The notes below the pieces were generated by a model. It worked only from the letters and a program-made list of their open reading frames with translations. It was not told the DNA's origin and ran no database searches. This document shows positions 39,001 through 53,769 of a stretch of DNA of 64,000 nt, piece by piece (position 1 is the stretch's first letter; every line of letters starts with the position of its first letter). The stretch is from Squalus acanthias. Taxonomy: Eukaryota. The stretch is taken from contig CM059425.1 in the NCBI GenBank assembly GCA_030390025.1, positions 171,866,001-171,930,000 on the forward strand, read 5' to 3'. Position numbers and translations under genes: made by a program.

Positions 39001-40269
39001 CAATACACTGAAGATTAGTGACAACAGTTAAATCTTGCCTTTTTAACTTAACGTGGCAAATAGTCTGTCAAGTGGAGCTATTTATATCCTACCGGAAATG
39101 CATACGGTTATCTTACTAGTTTGTCTCAAATCAATTCTGCATGATTTATACCAAAATTGCAGACAGGACACTGGTATAGAAAGAAAGAACTGGCATGTGT
39201 ATAGCACCTTTCACGATCTCAGTATTTCCCAAAGTGCTTCATTTGAAAAGTACTTCTTTGGCTGTGTAGTCACTGTTATAATGTGGGCAAAGTTTCTCTG
39301 AACATACAGCTCCAAAGTAGTTTTTCTGCATTTACTGTTCAGTTATAAATTATGAGGGTCCATGGTCCAGTGCCAAGATCTGTTTTTACAAAAACTACAG
39401 AACACCAGCAAGTGACAAGAGTATTTAGCAAAGCTCACAGCTGCAGCAGAAGAATACTCAAGCATGATCCTGTAATGCTGGCATCTTACCCATAGTGAGG
39501 AAGGACAAAAATAAAATAAAACAGCTGTTTCCAATGCTGAGAGCAGCAATGCCAGAGGTCTGGGACCTGGTTCCTCACCTGTCACAGCTCTTTGATAGCC
39601 TCTCGAGACATGTGGAAAGAAAATTGAGGGAGTAATTAAAAGCTAAATATCCGAAAAAAGCTAGAGTCATTGTAAAGCCCACTAACTTGATTGATAGGTG
39701 TAAACAGCAACTCTGAAATTACAATACCAACTGCCTTAAATAAGAGGCAGACATTTGCAACATTTAAACAAGAACCTTCAGCACAAATGACTGGCTGCTG
39801 CCAGTCAGTCAAATGGGGTTGGATTTATAGATCACTGTGCTGAACTACATTAGTACAGGAGAGAAGGGCTGCATCTTAGCTGCACAGGATCACAGAGACT
39901 AACTATTCATAGAGGTAACAATCAAGGTTGATTTCATTAAAGATTGGAAGGAGAGGGACTAAGATTTTAAATATATACAAACTAATCTCCCATGCTATTG
40001 TTCAGGAGTGATATGGGAACTGCAGCATGGTTTTCCGTTCATCTGCTAATCTGTCTCTCTAAAGCCACTGCTCAGGTAATCCTCGTTGGAAAGTTTAGGT
40101 CTTGAAGTCAATTAGAGGCTAATTATTATTTTATATTGGAAATGTTAGCTAGGCAGCTACTTGGCTCCTCTCCTCCTTAGCTCAACAACCTGTCTAAGTT
40201 ATCGCCAGGCTAGAAAAAAGCAGCAGGAAATAATTGAATTGCCTTCTCTTTTCGTATACTTTATTTTGA

Positions 40270-41950
40270 AATAAAAAGATTGTTCAGCTGAACTTCATGT
40301 TTGATACAAAGTTTGAGCATTTAGAGCGTGCTGGCCGCTTTCAAAACTTCGATATAAATAGACAACCAGAGCTGAGAGGATGGCAAGAATATCAAATCAG
40401 AAAGTAAATCCAAGGGGACTAAATAATCTATAGCAAAAATTAAAGACTACAATGAGATGAAATGCTCGAGTTAGCAACATTTTGCGCAGCAGGATATTAT
40501 GTTGTTATCGGGATTATAGAACCATGGTTCACCACAGAAAATGGAAATTAATTCAATATACAAGAGCAGAGGATGCTCGAGAGACACAGGCAAGAAGGGT
40601 AGATTTGTGTGTTCAGAAGAATTTAGAAATTTACAAAAGTTAATTGCTATCCCAAAGAGACACAGAGAAAGTCAGATTAAAGCCAACAAGCAGGTGGAGT
40701 GCAAACTTAAAAAGAGGGATCTGATTTGCCACAGACCCCTTTCAGTGTAGTAAAGTCAAAGACAACATATTATCCAATGAAGTAAGAATTGTACAACAGA
40801 ATAACAAGTGGTTTCTATCATTATAAATGGGAAATTCTGCAATAGGAGTGAAGCAACAGAATCAGAACTAGAAAATGTGGCGCAAAATGCTTTTTGAGCG
40901 ATTGGGTAAATTTTAATGGCCAAGAATTGAGTGCATTGACTTCCATGCCTGAACTCCTGACATGTAGTCGTATCAAGCAAATCTTTGCACTCAGAGCACT
41001 AATTCTAAGTTTTCTCATTTTAGCACTAATTTTACTTTAATGCGTCAAGCATTCCAATAGGGGTCATTTATATCTAGTCCAGTAACAAGAATCACCCGCC
41101 TAGTGACCAAAATATGATTACGTTTAAGATTATCTGGCAATGAACACGAGCAAAGACCAAGACAAAAATATGCAATTTAAAAAACTTCAAAAGGACAACC
41201 TAAAAGAAGTTAATTGGAAATGTCTCTGTAAAATTGAACACCTCTAAACACATGATGTTGAGTAAGCAAGATAAGTATGCACTCAAGAAAAATAAATATA
41301 AGCTAATAAGCTAAAGAGCAGTCTCTAAAATAGATGGTCAATTGAAATGGGAATAAAGAGAGAAACTATAGAAAGCCTACAGGGAGAAAAAAGGGAAAGA
41401 CTCAGGAGTATAGGAATTTGTTGTAGCAGGTTAAAGGAACATTAGGACTTAGGACCAAGAGGACCTTAGAAATGAGTACAGCTAAAATTGTTAAGTACAA
41501 TAATTTCTTCTGGTACTGCAAGAGTGAACAATCAGTTAGAAAGCTGAACTTCAAGATAAAAGTCGCAGTGAATTTAAAGATAAAATAGTCAAAACATTAA
41601 ATGAATACCTTCTAGAAGTATTCACACCTTCTAGAAATATTCACAAGAGAATAATACTAACTTGCTATCCAATTTCTATACTTGTACACACTTTAACAGA
41701 AGTTCTTGATAAATTATCAAATAATACTTGCATACATAATAAATCTCTCACTTTTAAATATTTCAAAGAAGATCAGAGAGGATGTTTGTAAGGCACTGGC
41801 TTTCAGTATGGAGGAATTATTACACAATTGTGAATTCCACAGAACTGGAAGTGGACAAATATGGTTCCTATTTTTTTAAAAAGGTTACAATCTGACCCAA
41901 TTATAGGCTTATTGACCCATCAATAACAGGTAAAATAATAGCATCTCTAA
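40270..41950 (+). mobile_element. Very old CR1-like LINE remnants
   Basis: Patchy motifs only, e.g. actggaagtggacaaatatggttcctattttttaaaaagg (WKxANxVPIFKK). Confidence 0.4.
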
Positions 41951-42499
41951 GGGGTAGACTAAAGTGGTAACTCTCTACTATATCTTACAATCAATTAGTG
42001 CCTCATAACATTTCATTTCAAAATGCACTGATAACTCCAATGTTAGGCTCAGTCTGCAGTAAAATCCATTTTCGAAGCGTCAATTTGTACCGGTCGTACA
42101 GTTACACCTGTAGGGGGTGCCCTAATAAGCAATTTCAATGTTAACGTATCAAACAACTTTAGCCTGAAGAAAAAAAGTTCCTCCTGTACAGTCTGACGCG
42201 AATCACATGTAGTCTCCCCACTGTGCCCACTGGGTGACTTTCAGCATAGCTGTTGGCAGCTCATGGCCTCAAACATATAATGGAGTAAATTGGTGCAATC
42301 CTCCTAGTTTCTGTCTGACCTGTGGTACGGAACTGCCCCCCTCCTTCACCAACCCGCTGAGTGAGCTTTTGTCGCCTGGTTAAGACTATTTGCCAGGTTT
42401 AAACCTCACAACCACCTAAGAAATTTGACCAACCCACATCCTTCCTCCAGTTGAGTGTTTTGGATAGTCTGAATTTCAAGGGATCCTCATTGCGATTAT

Positions 42500-42620
42500 G
42501 CTGATAGGGTTAGATGAAGTCGGGTGGGATGAGGCTCGTGTGGAGCATAAACGCCGACCGAAACCAGTTGGGCAGAATGGCCTGCTTCTGTGCTGTAATT
42601 TCTATGTAATTCTATGTAAC
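42500..42620 (+). mobile_element. CR1 3' tail
   Basis: gaggctcgtgtggagcataaacgcc...gaatggcctgcttctgtgctg followed by (taattctatg)n. Confidence 0.8.
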
Positions 42621-43169
42621 CTAACTTGATTTGAATACTGCACCTGATCTCGACTTCCCACGTGTCATGCCACGGGAGATAAATTTAATAATAAACTGCC
42701 AGCATAAACTCAGACGGGGAAGATTTTGCCTGGCAATCCAACTCGACAGCAACTTTAGAGTGGCATCGCCCCCAAGATATAGTCGATTTAAGACTTTAAA
42801 AAATGCCTTTAACAAAGCTGCACTTAAGACAAAATACCACATTAAAATACATCAAAGTAAACTAAAACTCAGGAATTCAGGATAAAACATGTTGGGTTAA
42901 AAATAGCAAGTACCTTTGCGAGGTACAGATTGGGGGATGGGGGGTGGGTGGAGAAAGCACACTAAGTGGATTCCTCCTGGCATCAGTGCTTAGACTTATG
43001 TTGTTACTAGTCTATGTAATTGATTTAGGTATAACACTACCGTAGGCTTGTCAAATTTGCTCATGATATTAAAATACTAAATGGAGAATGCACCAAAATT
43101 TTTTTTAAAGAATTTCGGTAGGTTGTCCAATTAGAAAATTAGATTTCATAAATAAGCTTCCACATATAC

Positions 43170-44140
43170 ATTGTCACCCAGCTCAACCCCACCAAAGCCT
43201 CTGTTTTGTCAGACTGTTCACCTGACATTTAGTCTTGGATAAGCCACAAGTCCAGATAAACATGAAGACTGACACGATCATCTCTTAATCCCTCTTCCCA
43301 GCCATGGTCTCAAGCAGAAGCAGATTCTGCACAATCTCGGTACCCTATTCGATCCCAAACTGAGCCTCCGACCATATGAAATCACTATCGCAAAAGGCTG
43401 CCGACTTCCACCTCCGTAACACCACCTGCCTCTGCTACTGCCTCAACCCATCTGCTGTTAAAACCCCTATCTGTAGCTTTGTCCCCTCCAGATTCTACTA
43501 TCTGAATGCTCTGCAGCTGGCCTCGCATTCTTCATCTTCTGTATCTATAGCTCATCCAAAACTCATGTAGCCGATCCGACACCAAGTCCTATTTACTCCT
43601 CACCCCTGTCCTTGCTGACCGACACTGGCTCCCGGTCCCCCAATGCCTCAAATTTAAAATTCGGATCTTCGTACTTCAATCACTTCATGGCCTCGCCCCT
43701 CCCTACCTCTAGAACTTCCTTGAGCCCGACAAACCCCCACCCCATACTCTCCATTCTTCAGACTCCCGTCTCTATGCATTCCCCTCTCCCTTAGCTCCAC
43801 CACTGGCGGCCATGCCTACAGCTGCCAAGGCCCCACGATCTAGAATTCCCTTCCTAAACCCCCCTGTCTCTCCACTCTTTTCCTTTATAGAATCATATAG
43901 CACAGGAGGCGGTCATTCAGCCCATCCCGCCTGTGCCAGCTCTCTGAAAGAGCTACCAATTAGTCATACTTCCCTTTCCCACGACCCTGCAAATTTTTCC
44001 CTTTTAAAGTAGAGATCCAATTCACTTTTGCAAGTTACTACTGAATCTGCTTCCACCACCCTTTAAGGCACTCCTTAAATCCGCATCTTTAAACAAGCAT
44101 TTTTTTCTATGTTGAAGGTGCTATATAAATGCAAGTTCCT
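43170..44140 (+). mobile_element. L2 LINE 3' end with a nested minus-strand CR1 tail (about 43885-44065)
   Basis: Degenerate L2 ORF2 end (cacccctgtccttgctgacc...cactggctcccgg) and tail gctatataaatgcaagtt. Confidence 0.8.
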
Positions 44141-47100
44141 GCTGCTGTTTCACCTCTGTTTATGTTTCTATCTTTTTCCTTTCCTTGGTTTCTTCTGTTA
44201 CATTTTTACTCAAACTTTACACATTTGTTATGCTTTTCTGTTGCATCCTTTCTCAGGCTCTTCATGCTCTTTTGCAATTGGTGTGCATCCTGTGGGTGTA
44301 TGCAGCCCAGGGACTCTAATACATGCTGTTTTAGTTACTTGTCCTTCGTTGTTATGCTGATTAATATTTGGACACTATAAACTTGGCTTCCTTTTTGTTG
44401 GAAAGTAGAATTTATTATTTGCTTTTTTGCTTAATGTCATTACATTGAATTATTCAAGTTTTGTCTTACACCTTTACAAAAGAAAAATCTATAAATACAG
44501 TATCAGTAGTACAATTGTCTACATAATGCCTTTGTTCTTGGAGGTAGTCCTGATTTTATCAGTCAATATAATTACGATCCCACTGCCATTATTTGTAGCA
44601 GGATACGAAAGGTGTATACTAATACAAGTTCTTTCTTTATAACACAAAACAACTACAGCACAGGATGAAAACACAGGGTCAGCCCTAAATCAAAGACCAA
44701 AGAGGAAGTGTATGGATAATTTGTTATGCAGAAAAGAATGCTGATTTCAAGGATGAGGAACACTGTACCCAATGGTAAGTCATGCTTCTTCCTGATTTAT
44801 TATTCTCCAGCTACCAATGATTAATTCTTCTCAAGTAGAACCTTTAAAGGGAGGACAGCCTCTAGCGCGTTCTAAGCAATGTTTATTGAAAGTGTGAATA
44901 TCGCTTCATGTGTTGTTTTTTCAGAGAGGGAAATAATATTTGACATGACAGAACACATGTGCAGCCAAGGCAATTGAAATAAAGTAAATAAGGTAAAGAT
45001 GTTGTGACACTGAGTTTGGTTGCGGTTGGGAAAGCAGAAATGATGGAGAATTTTTGAAGTCACGGGTAAGAGATTTCCCAACCTTAATTCATATTCCATA
45101 AACTCTGGCTATAAATGCTCTTAATTTTATCAGGGATTTTTCCCTATACGATTGCAACAGTGAAAGTGTACTACTCAAGAGAAAAATAACTGGATGGGAA
45201 TCAGTGATGTGTTGTAACTCCAACAGGCTGTGCCTGAAGGAGTAGGGCACAGGTTTGTTATTGCAATTCCCCATACAAGGAGTTCACGAGCTTAGCCATG
45301 GTATTGTGGGAAGATACTGAACGGAATCCAAGCACTTTCACACAAGGAGACAGGAAAATGAGAAAGAGAATCACTTTGGATAGAGAACGCCATTGGTCTC
45401 CTGGCAACCCTACTGGAAGGGGACACAATGCAGCAAGAACATTTAAAAAAATTGAATTCAAAAAAATTAATACATTCATGTATAAAGTGAATGAATCCAG
45501 TCTAAAAAAAAATAAACCTTCTCTTGTGATTTACCCTTTTGATTTTTTGACCTTTTATGGCATTTGGAGAACAAATGGAGAAGAAATTCATCATATAATT
45601 TAAAAAGTCACCTGTCATTTAAGCCTGTTACAAAACTCAAATACATTTTATAAAATGTATAAAATATGCAGAGTCTGAAATAACTTGAGATAATTAGTGC
45701 CAGAACCAACTGCTAAACTTAGTCGAGTGGCCCAGATAATTCCCTTGTACTGTGAAACAATATTCATTTATTTTCAAACAAAGTGGCACAGCTTACAACT
45801 ATAAATCACTGAAAATGGACTGCAATGCGAACAAACTTAATGCTTTTGAAATTAAAAAGATTGGAAGTATGTAATTAATAAATCTTGAACATACTCCTGC
45901 TTACCAATTTGGCTGTCTTTACAAATAAATGTCAATATGTTTATTGTCCTGTGTAATCCCTTTTCATCAGATAAGGTTAATTTTTTTGCAGCAATTGTGG
46001 ATACAAATACCAAGAAAAAAACTTGAATTAAAAACTCAAAATGCAGTAAACACACAGCAGTATGCCAGCCCTCAGAAAGAACAGGTTAGGGTTGCTGCTC
46101 AAGACCCGTCCTCAGAATTGTTCCAAGGAAGGTCTTCACACCCAAAACAGTCAGCGATCTTTTCTCGTTACAACTTTGTCCAAGAAGTAAGCATAGCATA
46201 GCAGATTGAGTCCTGCAACACGCACAAAGCAAAATTCAGCAATACAGACCAAGCTGTATTAATGCACTATAAAACTGGTTTACCCTCAAAATATTGCAAT
46301 GAATTAATTCCAATGATAAACACTTGTTAATTTAAACAAATAAATTGTTCAATTTGCTCAACATGTCCTAAAGTAATTTCCATTAATTGCATCCTGTGTT
46401 TGATGTTGGCAGTCTCACTGTGCAGTTACACCTCTGAAAATAATACCAAGTCACCGTTAATGTATATACAAGTTTGAGACCCAATAAATACATATAAATC
46501 TAAACATTTAACACCCCACTAATGTAAAACAAAAAATACAACAAGATCAGACTGTGGCACTCAAAGGTCCAGACCCAAAACTTGTGTTGAATAAAATATA
46601 CAGAATAATTTTTAACTAGCATTCTCAATTTACTATCTTTATCAGATTAACAAATCAAAGCATAGCATTTCAAACACAGGAAGTATGCATCTGAGTGAAC
46701 AGATGCAATGTTTAATTCATATAAATTACATTAATATTTCCATTTGAACTACCTCTCTGTGCTATCCAGTAGAAAACCATTAGTTGTAAAATGCATTAAA
46801 ATATACAGCAACTGAGTAAATCTGCCACAAAGTAATGAAAATTGTTATTTTTAATCTTCAAAGATGACTTCAAGAATTGGCTCCTAAACTACAGAGTATA
46901 ATTTATCACTGGCCAAGTCTTCCAAAACTAGTAAACCATAATCTCTAACCAACAAGCCCGGCGGAATCAGACCTGGCAGATATCTCCTTCGAAAATTCAT
47001 CATGAATGGGAATACAAACATTTCCTAGTCAAAAGGACCATGTTTAAAGCTAAACATGGTCCAGCTACTGCGGAGGGGTTTTTCATGTTTGTGAGTACCC

Positions 47101-47629
47101 AAGCAACCACCTGCTGGGTCCTCTCAAGTGTTTCTCAATGGAGTAATAATCTTTGACCTTGAATTTAAAAGAAATTGCTGGCAACTTTCATTTTGCAGCA
47201 GGACTTGATCTTAGACTAACAAGCATTCACATTTCATTAACAAATGCAAATCCAGAATTAATAATTCATACTCAACGTAACAGCTAATTTTCAAATTTAT
47301 CCATTACCCACATTTTGCAAAGTCAACAAGGTTTGAAATATCTTATTTCTTTATGCTTTTGATCTTGGTTTTTAATTACTTTAGCATTAGAACTATAGCC
47401 AATACGACTGTCCCTGAACATATTTTTAATTATGCTGAGAAATACTTGAACATATAAAGTAACACATATGTTCGAGTGTGCTGACGGCAATAATATACCA
47501 AGGATTTGCAAGATATTTCACAACATCATTCAAACAGAGATGCAAATATCCTTCAAACTAGTTTTTGGGTGACATTATACAGCACATACTGGCCTCAGAC
47601 CAGTATCTATCTAGCGCAACATGCAAGAA

Positions 47630-48062
47630 AGAAAGAAAGAAAGAAAGACTTGCATTTAACTGGCACCTTTCACAACCTCAGGACGTCCCAAAGGGCTTTA
47701 CAGCCAACGAAGTACTTTTTGAAGTGTAGTCACTGTTGTAATGTATGAAACGTGGCAGCCAATTTGCGCTCAGCAAGCTCCCACAAACAGCAATGTGATA
47801 ATCTGTTTTCAGTGATGCTGATTAAAGGATAAATATTGGCCAGTGACACCAGGGATCACTCGCTTGGTCTTCTACCTGAGAGAGCAGACGGGGCCCTCGG
47901 TTTAATGTCTCATCCGAAAGACAGGACCTCCGACAATGCAGCACTCCCTCCGTACTGCACTGGAGTGTCAGCCTCGATTTTGTGCTCAATTCTCTGGAGC
48001 GGGACTTGAACTGACAACCTTCTGACAGAGGCGAGAGTGCTATGAAGTGGGCCTCGGCTGAT
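47630..48062 (-). mobile_element. Deu-domain tRNA SINE (SacSINE1-like), near full length
   Basis: (aaag)n, gacttgcattta tail, Deu core ctcatccgaaagac, head gggacttgaac. Confidence 0.88.
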
Positions 48063-49139
48063 ACAAATTACACAGTTCAAATAACACTGCCAGTGGCACC
48101 TCATAATGGGCCACTGAGCACAACGATAAAGGAACTCTGCGCATCCATGCATGGTGGAACCTAGAATCTCCCCTACCACCTCTCATTGCCAAATGCATCA
48201 CAAAAGGCAAAGGGACATGTACAGGTCAGGCAATGGAGTGCACAATAATGTAGGAAAGGAAACCAAGCAGATGGAAATTGAGGCAATTTGCGTTTTTTCC
48301 AAACTCAGCCAGAAGGTGGAAGTAGTCCCACTTGACGGCAGAAAACCACGATGGAAATGTGTGCCACACTAAGGGGTCAACTAAGCAAAGGAGATGGGAG
48401 TGCAAAGAGAACCTTCATGGGAAGCCCATTATACAATACTGTGGATTGGACTTAATCAAAGTATCAGTAATGATCTTAATCTTTCATCCCCATCAATGCC
48501 CAAAATTTGGGCTAGTCATCCAGGTTCAAATTACAGTATATAGACGTTCACTGTACATGTGGAAAACAAATTGAAAAGGTAGGATAAAGTGTACATTCGG
48601 CATAAGTGAGACATATGACATAACAACATATTTAAATTTTGTAATTGCAGATTTAAAGTGGTTGTTAAGCTAATTGAAGTCATGAATCATTACTTTAATT
48701 AAATATTCTTCCAAGAGTATAATACACATTGTAATATTAACTCAGTCAGCAAAACACTGAATTTTAAGCTATCATGTCCTTGGTTTCTAAAGACTGCCAG
48801 TGGTAGCTTACTGTTAAACTTTGCTGATACTTATGCTCCCTCTTCTGGTACATGCGTTTTTCTGCTTCACTATCAGAATAAAAAACACAAATGGTGATTG
48901 TAGTCTTCCAACTGCAACATTATCCACTGACGAACATCAGCTTTCAGATTCACCCAAGATCAAAATCACTCATCCATATCCAAAATTTCCAGTGGACAGA
49001 AATATTGTTTAACTGCCAAGTCAATTTTTCTCATGAAAACAGCATGTTCTTCAACTGTTGCATGCTCCAAGAAACCACCTTTTCTTAAACTGCCTTAACC
49101 AATAGAAAAAGCTTAAAAATGGAGATATATCTTCACCAT

Positions 49140-50190
49140 TCAAAGAAGTGGCAGAAGGTGGGTAGTGGTGTTCTACAAGGATCAGTGCTGGGTCCACCGC
49201 TGTTCACAATTTACATTAACAATTTAGACTTGGGAATCAAAAACACAATTTCTAAATTTGCGGATGACACCACATTGGGGGGTGGGGGGCGGGTAGTCAA
49301 TACTGAAGAGGACTGCAACAAGTTACAGGAGGACATTAATAAACTTGCAGAATGGGCATATAATTGGCAAATGAAGTTCAACACTGATAAATGTGAGGTA
49401 TTACATTTTGGTGGGAAGAATAGGGAGGTCACTTATCACTTGGAGGGTGCAAGTCCAGGTGGAGTAGAGGAACAAAGGGATCTCGGAGTACAAATACACA
49501 AATCACAAAGTTGCGACACAGGTTAGCAAGACCATAAAAAAAGCAAACCAAGCACTAGGGGTTATTTCTAGAGGGATAGAATTGCAAAGTAGGGAAGTTA
49601 TGCTAAGCCTGTATCGAACCTTGGTTAGACCACACTTAGAGTACTGCATACAGTTCTGGTCGCCATATTATAAAAAGGATATAGAGGCACTGGAGAGGGT
49701 GCAGAGAAGATTTACAAGGATGATACCAGAAATGTGAGGGTATACATATTAGGAAAGGATGAACAGGCTGGGTCTCTTTTCTCTTGGAAAAGAAGGCTGA
49801 GGGGTGACCTAATAGAGGTCTTTAAAATTATGAAAGGTTTTGATAGAGTGGATACAGAGAGAATGTTTCCACTTGTGGGGAAGAGCATAACTAGAGGCCA
49901 TCAATATAAGATAGCCACCAAGAAATCCAATAGGGATTTCAGAAAAAACTTCTTTACTCAGAGTGGTGAGAATGTGGAACTCGCTACCACAGGGAGTGGT
50001 TGAAGCGAATAGTAAAGAAGCATTTAAGGGGAGGCTAGACAAGCATATGAGGGAAAAGGGAATAGAGGGTTATGCTGATAGATTTAGATGAGGAAGACAG
50101 GAGGAGGCTCGAGTGGAGCATAAACGCCAGCATGGACTGGTTGGGCCGAATGGCCTGTTTCTGTGCCATATATCCTATGTAATCCTATGC
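49140..50190 (+). mobile_element. CR1 LINE 3' 1 kb
   Basis: SGVLQGSVLGPPLFTIYINNLD...ISKFADDT...WQMKFN; tail (atcctatgta)n. Confidence 0.93.
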
Positions 50191-50249
50191 AAGAACATTT
50201 AAAAAAGTAATTTCTATTTCTAGCAGTAGTCATGTAAATAAAAAGGAAG

Positions 50250-50670
50250 ATAAAACTTGCATTTATATAATGCCTTTCACAACCTCTGGACGTCCCAAAG
50301 CACTTCACAGCCAATCGAGTACTTTTGAAATCACTGTTGCAATGTTGGGAAACACAGCAGCCAATTTGCACATGGCAAGGTCCCACAAACATCAATGAGA
50401 AATTGACCAGATAATTTGTTTTAGTGATGTTGGTTGAGGGTTAAGTATTGGCCAGAACACTGGGAGAAGTCCCTCACTCTTCTTCGAATAGAGCTATGGC
50501 CCTGGGACCTTTTATATTCATGTGACATGGCAGGCTATGTCTCATTTTAATGCCTCAACCCATAGATGTACCGGACAGTTCAGCGCTCCCTCAATAATGC
50601 ACTGAAGTGTCAGCCTAGATTACACGCTCAACTCTCTGGAATGGGGCTTGAACCCAAGAGGCAAGAGTGG
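50250..50670 (-). mobile_element. Deu-domain SINE
   Basis: acttgcatttatata tail through ggggcttgaaccc head. Confidence 0.82.
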
Positions 50671-51067
50671 AAGGCAAGTACTTTGGGACAACCAACAAAA
50701 TGAATTGTGTTAAATAAATGCAAGTTCGTTCTTTTTCTTCAACCACCTATCTAACCTATTCTTAAATGTCAACACTGTCTATACTTGAATTACTAACTCC
50801 AGTAGTGTAGTGTATTCCATGGCCTCACATCCTTCATGTCCAACTATTCTGCAAAACTTTGTCTGAAATTTCATTGTTGAAAGACACAAATCTTCTAACC
50901 TCGAGTGAAAACTGGTAATCTACAATAAAATTCATGCAAACCCTGTGCTCAAATACATCCACCTATTTGCTTATATAATCACCTTACTTCATGACAAAAC
51001 AGCTCGAGATGAATCCAAAATAATAATAGCCTCCAACAATAACAGTGCTAACGCAATTTGCCCGCTG

Positions 51068-51405
51068 CAGAGAGAAACTGTTCCCACTGGCGGAAGGGTT
51101 GAGAACCAGAGGACACAGATTTAAGGTGATTGGCAAAAGAACCAAAGACGACAAAAGGAAAAACTTTTTTACGCAGCGAGTGGTTAGGATCTGGAATGCG
51201 CGGCCTGAAAGGGTGGTGGAGGCAGATTCAATCGTGGCTTTCAAAAGGGAATTGGATAAGTACCTGAAGGAAAACATTTTGCAGGGCTACGGGGAAAGGG
51301 CAGGGAGTGGGACTAGCTGAAGTGCTCTTGCAGAGAGCCGGCATGGGCTCGACAGGCCGAATGGCCTCCTTCTGTGCTGTAACCATTCTATGATAATTCT
51401 ATGTA
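51068..51405 (+). mobile_element. CR1 LINE 3' end
   Basis: REKLFPLAEG...FFTQRVVRIWNA plus (attctatg)n tail. Confidence 0.9.
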
Positions 51406-51628
51406 TGTGCTAGACCGTTTACATCATCAAAAACGTCTGACACTAGTTAAACCTTGAAATGGACAAAAAAAATTCCTTCAAGAGAACCTGTGCATAGTGC
51501 CATTGGTATTCTGCAAAGAAAAGACACTGCAGTGCTTGTTTGCTGTAACCGACTTCTCTCAATGATTGCCTGCACAAGAACAGCAGAGGCCCTTGAACTC
51601 CACTGAAACTTGGCAGGAGTAGATGAAT

Positions 51629-53360
51629 ACAACAACAACTTGTATTAGTGTCTTAAATGTCGTAAAACGTCCCAAGGCGCTTCACAGGAGTGTTATAAGA
51701 CAAAAATTTGACACTGAGCCACATAAGGAGATAATAGGACAGATGACCAAAAGCTTGGTCAAAGATTTAGGTTTTAATGAGCATCTTAAAAGGAGGAAAG
51801 AGAGGTAGAGAGGATGAGAGATTTAGGGAGGGAATTGCAGAGCTTAGGGCCTATGCAGCTGAAGGCACGGACACCGATGGTTAAGCAATTAAAATCAAGG
51901 ATGCTCAAGAGGGCAGAATTAGAGGAGCGCAGGTATCTCGGGGGGTGGGTGGGGTTGGAGGAGATTACAGAGATAGGGAGTGGTGAGGCCATGGAGGGAT
52001 TTGAAAGCAAGGATGAGAATTTTAAATTCAAGGCACTGCTTAACCAGGAGCCAATGTAGGTCAGTGAGCACAGAGATGATGGGTGAACAGGACTTGGTGT
52101 GAGTTAGGAAACAGGCAGCAGAGTTTGGGATGACCTCAAGTTTACGTAGGGTAAAATGTGGGAGGCCAGCCAGGAGGGTGTTGGAATAATCAAGTCTAGA
52201 GGTAAAAAAGGCATGGATAAGAGTTTCAGCAGCAGATGAGCTGAGGCAAGGGTGGAGACAGGCGATGTTAAGGAGGTAGAAATAGGCGGTCTTAGTTATG
52301 CCGTGGATGTGTGGTCGGAAGCTCATTTCAGGTTCAAATATGACACCAAGGTTGCAAACAGTGAGGTTCAGCCTCAGACAGATGCTAGGGAGGGATGAGT
52401 CGGTGGCTAGGGAATAGAGTTGGGGCAGGGACCGAAGACAACAGCTTCGGTCTTCCCAATATTTAGTTGGAGAAAATTTCTGCTCATCCAGTACGAGATG
52501 TCGGACAAGCAGTCTGACAATTGAGACCATAGAGGAGTGGTGGTGAGGCAGAGCTGGGTGTCGTCAGCGTACATGTGGAAATTGACGCGGTGTTTTCAGA
52601 AGATGTAGCCAAGGGGCAGCATGTAGCTGAAAAATAGGAGGGGGCCATGGATAGATCCCTGGGGGACACCAGAGGTAACGATGCGGGAGCGGGAAGAGAA
52701 GCCATTACAGGTGATTTTCTGGCTATGATTAGATAGATAAGAATGGAACCAGGCAAGTGCAGTCCCACCCAGTTGGATGATAGAAGAGGCATTGGACGAG
52801 GATGCAGCAGTCAACCATGTCAAAGGCTGCAGACATGTCAAGAAGGACGAGGAGGGATAGTTTACCTTTGTCATAGTCACAAAGGATGTCATTTGTGACT
52901 GATGAGAGCCATTCTCGGTACTGTGGCGGGGCAGAAACCAGATTGGAGTGATTCAAACATGGAGTTTCGGGAAAGATGGGCACGGATTTGGGAGGTGACA
53001 ACATGTTCAAGGACTTGAGAGGAAATGGAGGTTGAAGATGGGGCGGTAGTTTGCAAGGACGGAGTATCAAGGGTTGGTTTTTTGAGAGGGGTGAGGACGG
53101 CAGATTTGAAGGAGAGGGGGACAGTACTCGAGGACAAAGATGCGAGTTCAGGCCAAGGGCAGGAGGGAGCCTCGAGGAAGTTTGTCCAGGTTAGGGGAAA
53201 GAAGGGAAATGGCAGAGGCAGCTGATCAGATAGTCTCAATCTTAGAGACAAAGAAGTCCGTGAGCTCCTCGCACTTGTTGGAGGCGAGTGTGGAGGAGAC
53301 ACCCGAGAGGGGTTTGAGAAGATCGTTAGCAGTAGAGAATTGAAGCCAGGGGGTTATCTT
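51629..53360 (-). mobile_element. L2 LINE 3' 1.7 kb, frameshifted RT
   Basis: FESLQSGF, SLLVLLDMSAAFDMVD, GVPQGSIHGPLLF, FTSRLDYSNTLLAGLP, LHWLLV; (gtt)n tail. Confidence 0.92.
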
Positions 53361-53769
53361 CAAATACCAAAGATAAAAATTGGCTATTATAAAAGCTTGT
53401 TGGATTACCTGTACCTGAACTGCTTGGTTGTGCTATCATGTAATTTACTTTGAAGTACAGCTTACCGAGGTGCGAGCTACTTACTGAACACCTATTTCTA
53501 CCAGAAATAACACTTTAAACAGTGACTTTGTAATTGACAGTCATGGTAATGGAAACTGATTAACGCTATGTGCTCAATTTAAATGTGAGCAGCTTAAAGT
53601 GATGGAGACTGTTATATACAACTTTGTTATTTTGGGGGGGTTTTTTATTCTGATTCCGCAAGGTCAGAGATACCAGCCAAGAAATGTTTTCCAACCTACA
53701 TCTACCAGAGTGCCAGTCCCTCTCAGATCAGGGAACAAATAAAATGCAACACAGAGCTTCTCATATATC

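Noticed and set aside
39485..39605. Micro-exon suggested by strong donors (cag|gtgagg, gg|gtaaga)
   Set aside because: No convincing YAG acceptor upstream, only GAG.
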